A stretch of 64,000 nt of DNA, taken from the human T2T-CHM13v2.0 reference genome, Homo sapiens. The stretch lies in NCBI RefSeq assembly GCF_009914755.1, contig NC_060944.1. One strand, given 5' to 3'. The notes under the pieces are model-generated. The model did not search any database and was not told the origin of the DNA. It was given only the letters and a program-made list of their open reading frames with translations. Position 1 is the first letter of the stretch, and every line of letters begins with the position of its first letter. Positions 49,901 through 64,000 of the stretch are shown in pieces. The position numbers were made by a program, and so were the translations under genes.

Positions 49901-51099
49901 TCAATCAATCAATCAATAAAAGTAGAGCTGAAAGGATTTGCTGATGAATTAGATGTGGACTGTGGGAGTTGCCTGCCCTCTTGGCCCTCTGTTTCCCATC
50001 TATAAAAGGCGAGAGAAGAGGCCCTTGGGGATTTCTTTCCAGTTTGATAACTATGAGGACCTATATGAAGAAAGAGATAAAGCAACTATTTCTGCTGCTC
50101 TCATGGAAGCAAAATCATTTGCTCACCAGGCCTCAAAGTGTGGATGGCAATAAGATGAGGAAGGCAGAGATGGACAGAGACAGTGCAGCAAAGGGAGGGC
50201 AGGGCTCTGCCTAGGCTGTGGCTATTCCACTTTCAGCACACACATTACCGCCAGGCATATGCCAGGCCACAGAGTAGACAGGCTCCAGTGGGAGCGGGGG
50301 TCAGGGTAGCTTGCTTTATATTAGGAGAGAAGAAGCATCAGAGCTGCCGTTGTCCAGGGCCTACTAGGCAGAAGGTGCTCAGTGACTGACTGACTGACTG
50401 AGTGAATGAATGAATAAATAAATAAGGTAATGCCAGAAGGCCAGTATATGTGCAAGAACTTCCCAAGTCCTTCCAAATTAACAGGAGGTAGGCCTGGTCC
50501 AAAGGATTGCTCTCCTGTCACTTTATCTGCTTATTCTAGGCTGAGCTTCAAGTTCTTGTTCTCTGTGAATGGGAGACTATGTGGTCTGAATCACTGAAGC
50601 AGGATTTTAGAGCTGGAAGGCAGCACAGACACATTTGGTCCACTCTATCCACAATTTCAGCCATCACTGCTTTGACCTTATATGTGATTCTGTTATTATT
50701 TACTTAACATTTTTCTTTTCAAGACAGGGTCTCACTCTGTTGCCCAGGCTAGAGTGCAATCGTGTGATCAAGGCTCACTGAGGCCTCAACCTCCCAGGCT
50801 CAAGCAATCCTCCTGCCTCAGCCTCCCGACTAGGTGGGACTACAGGTGTGCATCACCATGCCTGGCTAATTTTTTTTTCTTTTTCTTTTTTTGTAGAGAT
50901 AAGGTCTCACTATGTTGCCCAGTCTGGTCCTGAACTACTGAGCTCAAGCTATTCTCTCGCCTTGGCCCCCCAAAGTGCTGGGATTATAGCTGTGAGCCAC
51001 TGTGCCTGGCCTACTTAACATTATTCTATCAATTTACTTACTTTTTATAAATTTAAATACATGTACTGAAAATTCTCAATTTATTCCCTAAACCTGTTC

Positions 51100-52073
<974 letters not shown>

Positions 52074-53492
52074 TCATGAAGGCAGGTATCCCCAGTAGCT
52101 AGAATAGTGGTTGACAGATAGTAGACACTTAGCAAATATTTGCTAAATAAATAAATGCAATGAAAAGGCAACTTATTATTCTTCCTATAAAGAGTATCAT
52201 TTGCCCCAGATGGAAATCAACATAAAATACACTGACTATTAAAACAGAAAATGTCCATCTGCATATCACCTCTAAGTTACCTTGAAGATCCTGGTCTAAC
52301 ACCTTTACAGAGGAGATATTTGAGACCCAGGGCAGAGTCAGCCAGCTGACCGGAAGCCAGTCCAGAATGGCCCACAGGTACCCCCCAACATGCCTTGGAA
52401 CCACAGCCCTGTCCCCCAGGGTGTGGACAAAGAGACTGAATCTCAGGAAAGGTATAGCTAGGTTGGACCAAAAGAACCTATCTGAGGGGCCAGAAAAGCC
52501 CTCCCTAGCAAGGCATAGAGCTAGCAGTTTTCCTGAAGAGAACAAAGGCCAAAGAGGCATGAGTGTGCCAGGCTGGGAGAGCCTCATGGGGCTGCACCGT
52601 GGGTGACAGGCACGTACAAACCTGTAAGTGAGGTCCACAGAGACCAGAGAGCTGAGAGCAGAAATGAAAACAGGATAGGTCCCAAAGGGTGGCAGCTTCA
52701 ATCCGTAAACACCAGACAGGCGTGGGGTTCAGGTGTAGGTCTGGGGACCCAGCTGAGCCCAGGGGAAGGATGGGACCTCCCCAGTCTCCTCCGTCAGTGA
52801 TGATTACTCTAAGGTGAGCTGAGCAGAAGCACCACCAATCCAGCTATAGTAACACCAGACATCAGACATTAAGGAGGGAAGAGCCAGATCTACCCTTCTC
52901 ATCTCCACATTCCGGATGGTCTGTCTCCTCCCAAACCCACTCCACCCATATGAGCCCTCGGGGATCCAAACCCTATTAAGAAGGGACCATCCATTTCCCA
53001 TCTTTGAGGGGCTTAGTGAACACGGCTACAGGTGCAGGGGTGAAGCTAGAGATGTTGTAACTGCCAAGCCAGCAATGCCTGACCTACATCTCCACGGTTG
53101 GTTGCATACAAAGAAAAATACCAGGGATTTCCGTTGGTGTTCACCACATGCAGCTGCCAAGGGAAGGCTGGGCCTTCTGAAGGCCTGTTGTGAATAGGGC
53201 AAGACAAGTGATAAGCTTGCTGGGATAGGCGAGAAGGCTGGCCTCTAAATTTACTGGCTCTGGGGACCTCCCTAGATTTTAGAGACTCTATATAATTTTT
53301 ACCTGCTTTCTACCAAGGTCCTCCATTAAAGCTTTTTCTTCTTCTAGTATATTTTTATTAAGAATTGAGAAAGACAGCCAGGCGTGGTGGCTCACGCCTG
53401 TAATCCCAGCACTTTGGGAAGCCGAGGTGGGTGGATCACGAAGTCAGGAGATCAAGACCATCCTGGCTAACACGGTGAAACCCCGTCTACTA

Positions 53493-53852
<360 letters not shown>

Positions 53853-56367
53853 CTATTTGGCTATGGTCCTGTCAATTAAGCACCACGGGCCTCACTTTTC
53901 TCATCTGAAAAGTGTGGAGGATGGATCAGATGATCTCTAAGGCTTTCTCTCCAGTTCCAAAGCACTAAGATCCTATCTCCGGGCCCTTTTTTTTTCCCCT
54001 CAAGGGAGCAGTGGAGTGTAAGGGAAAAGTAAGCTTTCTTGGCAGACAAAAGACTGAGTTCTAATCTCAGCAATGCCATTTATTAACTTACTGTGTAACA
54101 ATGGCAACCCACTTCCCCTCTGGGGGCACCTCATTTTCTTCATATATAAACCAAAGACCCAAAAGTGCAGTGAACAGGTACTCTAGGAGGCCTTTGGCAT
54201 TATTATTATGCCTCCCTTACATTGTTCACCCATTAGCATATCCTGGCCTCCCAAAGAACCTGTTCTTTACTTGACATTGCTCTGACTTGCAAACCCCTGT
54301 CCTTGAAAATTAACACGTTCCAAGAGCTATGCCATAGGAGCCCAAATAGCCTCTGGGTCCCCAACCCCCTTCTGATGTCAATAAAAAGATCACTGCTATT
54401 TATTCAATGTTTTGTATATGCCAGGCCCTCATGTGTGTTTAAAATTCTTATTTTATGAAGACATGGATGGTCACAAAGGTGAATTCACTTGCTCAAGATC
54501 CAACACACACAAAATGGAGGTGGTTCAAACCCAGGTGTGTCTGACTGCAGAGCCTGTGTTCTTCCCAGTAGAGATGTGGATGCAGCACAAATGGTAGAAA
54601 GGACCTGAGACTTAGTCAGAAGACCTCAGTTCACCCAAGGTAAGAGGAAAACCCTATTTACCTCCTCCTAGCATCGTCAGAGGTTCAATGAGATAATGTG
54701 TGAACACAAGGAAGCACTAGACAAACTTTAGTTAATGATCCTATGCTATTATTTTATGACTCCAGCCTGGGTTTCACCACATTTGCAAAGAGAGTGGAAG
54801 TAGCAAGCTGTAATATCTTAGAGATGTTACAGCCCCACTTCTCTGTTTTGTGTCCTACTCAGGCTTTCTTTTGTTCACATCTGGTCCATCCTTCTAGATT
54901 CCTGTTACTTGGACCCTCCAGGCCACCCAGCATGATACCCACAGTGTTCTCCCTGAAAGGCCATGGAGCGGAGGGAGTAAGGGGTAAATGGAAACCACAA
55001 GTCTTCTCTAAAACAGTGTGAAGTAGATAATCCAGACTTACCTTCCAGAAAGGGCCTCAAGCAATAAGAAAAAATAAAAAAAGGCAGAGAGAGCCAAGGG
55101 AAGCCCATGGAGACCATAGTTAAGTGAGGGCTTTTGAGTCCAATATATTGGACTTGTATTCTGTCTTTATTAGCATTCAACCTTAGGACTATAATTTAAC
55201 TTACTTTACACTCAGTTTTCTAATCTGGACAATGAGGACAATAACATGTTTCCCAAGAAGGATTATTGTGAAGATTAAAAATACTACACTGGCCGAGTCT
55301 GGTGGCTCACACCTGTAATCCCAGAACTTTGGGAGGTCCAGGAGGGAGGATCATATGAAGTCAGGAGTTTGAGACCAACCTGGTCAAGACAACAAGACCT
55401 CCATCTCTACAAAAACAAAACAAAACAAAACAAACTACACTGTACCTTACAGCATCTTGCACATGGCAGGCACTCAATAAATAGCAGCAACTATACTGTC
55501 ATTAGTAAATTAAGCACAGATGGGTCATCCCTAAAGGACCCTCTGATGGCCAATAGATGCACACTGAGAACCAGTGACTTGAGGCTCTCTATAGCAAGTG
55601 AAGCTCTGAACGGAGAAAATTCTCGGTCGGGCGCGGTGGCTCACGCCTGTAATCCCAGCACTTTGGGAGGCGTCGGCCTCCCAAAGGAAGGAGGATAACG
55701 CAGGAGGATAACGAGGTCAGGAGATCGAGACCATTCTGGCAAACACGGTGAAACCCCTTCTCTACTAAAAATACAAAAAAAAATAGCCGGGTGTGGTGGC
55801 ACGCGCCTGTAATCCCAGCTACTCAGGAGGCTGAGGCAGGAGAATCGCTTGAACCCGGGAGTCGGAGGTTGCAGTGAGCCAAGATTGCCACTCCACTCCT
55901 CCAGCTTGGCGACAGAAAGAGACTCTGTCTCAAAAAAAAAAAAAAAAAAAAGAAAATTCTCAAACTCTTTCCCCGGGAGGGAGGCAGGCAGCTCAGTGTA
56001 GACCAGAGACCTCTGATCAGACATATGTGGGTTCCTCATAGCTTCCAGGCTGGCTGTTTTGTGGCCAGTTACCCTCTCTGAGCCTGATTCCTTATCTGTA
56101 TTAGACAATAAGACCATATGTTCTTCCTCCTGAGAGGCAGGTAAAGGTGTACTGTAAGAGCACAGGCATCAGAGGATTGAAACCTGGGCTTAATCCTAGC
56201 TCTGCCACTTAATAGCTGGACCATGACCATGGCACCCTATTTAACCCTTCTGAGCTTCACTTATCTCATCTAAAAGCCTTCCTCTTTGAGTAGTTATGAG
56301 GATTATCAGATAATGTGCTGGTGCCTGGCAAATAGTAACAATTTCACTTGATACATGAAAGTGTTTA

Positions 56368-56857
<490 letters not shown>

Positions 56858-57473
56858 CTAACCCTATTAAAATCCCAAGTACACATACCCTTGGCCCCAG
56901 TAATTCCACTTTTAGGGATTCATCCCCCCCAGATATACTGTATTCATATATGGGCCAAATGACAAATATACAGGGCTATTCATTGAGTGTCACTATTATA
57001 ACTGCAAAAGACTGGAAAAAAATGTGTCTACCAATGGGAACTGGTTAAAGTATAGAATAGTGCCCTGTGTAGAATACTATGCAGCATTAAAAAGACTGAG
57101 AAAGCTTTTATGTACTGACACAGAAAGATCTTAAGAGATACAACTTTGATATTTGCATCCTATGACAACAAAATAACACCACTACTGTGTAATCAACCAC
57201 ACTAGGGTTGCTACCATCTCTGACCCTTTGTCTTTGGATGCTGTTAAGCTAAAAGCGGACCAGGATCCATGATGAGGTTCCTCTATCCTCTGGGTTAAGT
57301 CTGTCCAGGTAAAATAATAGGGAAAGAAGAATACCATTAAAATAAAAATTGGCTGGACACAGTGGCTCATGCCTGTAATCTCAGCACTTTGGGAAGCCGA
57401 GGCAGGAGGACTGCTTGAGGCCAGGAGTTCAGGACTAGCCTGGGCAACGTGGCAAGACCCTGTCTCTATAATT

Positions 57474-57918
57474 AAAGAAGAAAAGGAAAGGAAGAAAGGG
57501 GAAGGGAAAGGGAGGGAAGGGGAGGGGAAGGGTAGGGGAGGCGAGGGGAAGAGGAGAGGAGGGGAAGGGGAGGGGAGGGGAAGGGAAGGGTAGGGGAGGG
57601 GAAGGGTAGGGGAGGGGAAGGGAAGGGGAGGGGAGGGGAAGGGAAGGGGAAGGGGACAGGGAGGGGCGGGGAGTGGAGAGGGAGGGGAGGGGAGAGGGAG
57701 GGGAGGGGAGGGAAGAGGGAGGGGAGGGGAGGGAAGAGGGAGGGGAGAGGGAGGGGAGGGAAGAGGGAAGGGAGGGGAGGGGAGAGGGAGGGGAGGAGAG
57801 GGGAGGGGAGGAGAGGGGAGAGGGAGGGGAGGGGAGAGGGAGGGGAGGGGAGGGGAGGGGAGAGGGAGGGGAGGGGAGAGGGAGGGGAGGGGAGGGGAGG
57901 GGAGGGAAGGAAGAAAGA
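57474..57918 (+). repeat. GA-rich polypurine low-complexity tract
   Basis: About 440 bp of (GGGA/GGGGA/GGGAA)-type units with very few pyrimidines. Confidence 0.95.
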
Positions 57919-57949
57919 CAGCTGGGTGCAGTGGCTTATGCCTGTAATC

Positions 57950-62450
<4,501 letters not shown>

Positions 62451-64000
62451 TATGTTTGATTATTAATTAATCTGGGTGATGAGTTTACAAGTGATGATTT
62501 TCCTATTTTTAAAATTGTACATATGCATTAGATATTCTCTGTTGTATTTATGATAAATTTCTTTAAAAAAAAAAAGTGTACTGAAACAGTGCAATACTCT
62601 GAGCCAGAACTGTAACAACTAACTCAACATATGCAGTGTCCGAAGGGTTAAGCCTGTTTCTCTGCCTGTGGGTGGGAGGGCAGGCAGCAGCTGGGGCACA
62701 GTGGGAGTTCCTGGCTCCAGCTGGCTCCAGCCTGGATCAAGCACCACGCCCAGGAACTGGCACCTGTAGGGGGGGCTTCTGGACAGGTGGCACCTGTAGC
62801 CCTTGGTGACCTGATACATGTGAGAGGCTGGGCCCAGTCAGATGGGTGGTGGGCTTCTGTCAGAGCCCCTCCATCTGGTAAGGAAGTTTGCTGGTGGCAG
62901 CTTGGAGCTGGTGAGAAGGGGAAGAGGGTCTAGGACACAGGATGGGGGTGGGGAAGGAAGTGGGTGGGCTGGGCTCAGATACCAAGGGAGGGTGGTGGGA
63001 TTAGCACCTGCTGAGAATGAGATTAGGTTTCTTGGGAAGGGCTCATCTATCTAATGCTCCCCGAAAGCTGTCTCCCTGTGGCTTTTCTCTGCTGGACAGA
63101 TGGTGTCTGAGCTGCCTCTTGGAGGGCGGGCTCCTTGAGGGGGTGGTGGAGGTGGAGTGTGACCTGCTGCCTGCTTTCCAGAGGACCTTGAGGCCCTGGG
63201 ACTTCTTGTCTTCCAACAATAGTAATAAGGATTAGAGCTAACTCTTACTGAAGGTTTACCATATGCCAGGCATTGTCCTAAGCCCTTCATACAAATTACC
63301 CTCATTTAGTTTTCACAGCACCCAACTGCCTATCATCTAGACAGTAGGCTTACATTGAAGGAAACTAAGGCTTGGCAAAGTCAAACACTTGCTCAAAGTC
63401 AAACAGTAAGCAGGGCCTGGTGGCGTACCTATAATCCCAGGAAGATAGAGGCGGGAGGATCACTTGAGCCCAGGAGTTCGAGACAAGCACAGGCAACATA
63501 GTGAGACCTCATCTCAAAACAACAACAAAAACAAAACAGTAAGCAAACTAGGACTTGAATGCAGGCAGTTCAACTCCACAGCCCTAGCAGGAAATCACTA
63601 TCAGCCAAGGCATCTTCCCCTTATTAAATGGCAGTAAGGACTTTCCAGTTTCTTAAGCCAAAAACCTGGACTCCTTTCTCTCTCACCTCTTATCCAGCAA
63701 ACATCAGCAAATCCAGTTGGTCCAACCTTCAAATTGTATTGAAGCTCTGACCACTGCTCGCCACTTCCACCACCCATCCACCCTGGTATAAACTGCTGTT
63801 ATCACCCACCTGGCTTCTCACTGGTCTCCTGCTCCCGCTCTTACCCATAGAGTTTGTTCTCCACATCAGAGAGATCCTTCTAAAACCTGTCACTTCTTTG
63901 CTTAAAAATCCTCCATGCCTTTCCACTGCCCTTAAAGCAAGGTCCCATGTGGCCCTACAAGACCTGGCCCCTGGTGACGTCTCAGACCTGATTCCTACCA

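Noticed and set aside
52129-52701. 190-aa minus-strand hydrophobic ORF
   Set aside because: No family similarity and no convincing exon boundaries; consistent with chance.

Overview
Human genomic DNA, which I recognise as chr20q11.21. The window is very Alu-dense. It holds the complete COX4I2 gene on the + strand: CpG/GC-box promoter with the 13-bp oxygen-responsive element, non-coding exon 1, four coding exons splicing to 171 aa, and an AGTAAA poly(A) signal. After about 19 kb of repeat-packed intergenic DNA containing a near-consensus CTCF site, it holds the 3' end of BCL2L1 (Bcl-x) on the - strand: last exon with 45 C-terminal codons, a ~1.5 kb 3'UTR, and ~30 kb of the large intron. Nearly all ORFs in the supplied track are Alu, L1, L2 or microsatellite noise. 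I found no unknown protein-coding system. The most unusual features are several non-transposon inverted duplications of apparently different ages: a ~90-250 bp pair bracketing the COX4I2 promoter, a perfect 50-bp inverted repeat, a ~95-bp inverted repeat, and fold-back scars in Alus. Also notable are motif-dense candidate enhancers in the BCL2L1 intron (STAT5+GATA; an E-box cluster) and an MLT2A LTR with a DUX4 site pointing antisense into COX4I2. Repeat family names and boundaries are assigned by eye and are approximate.
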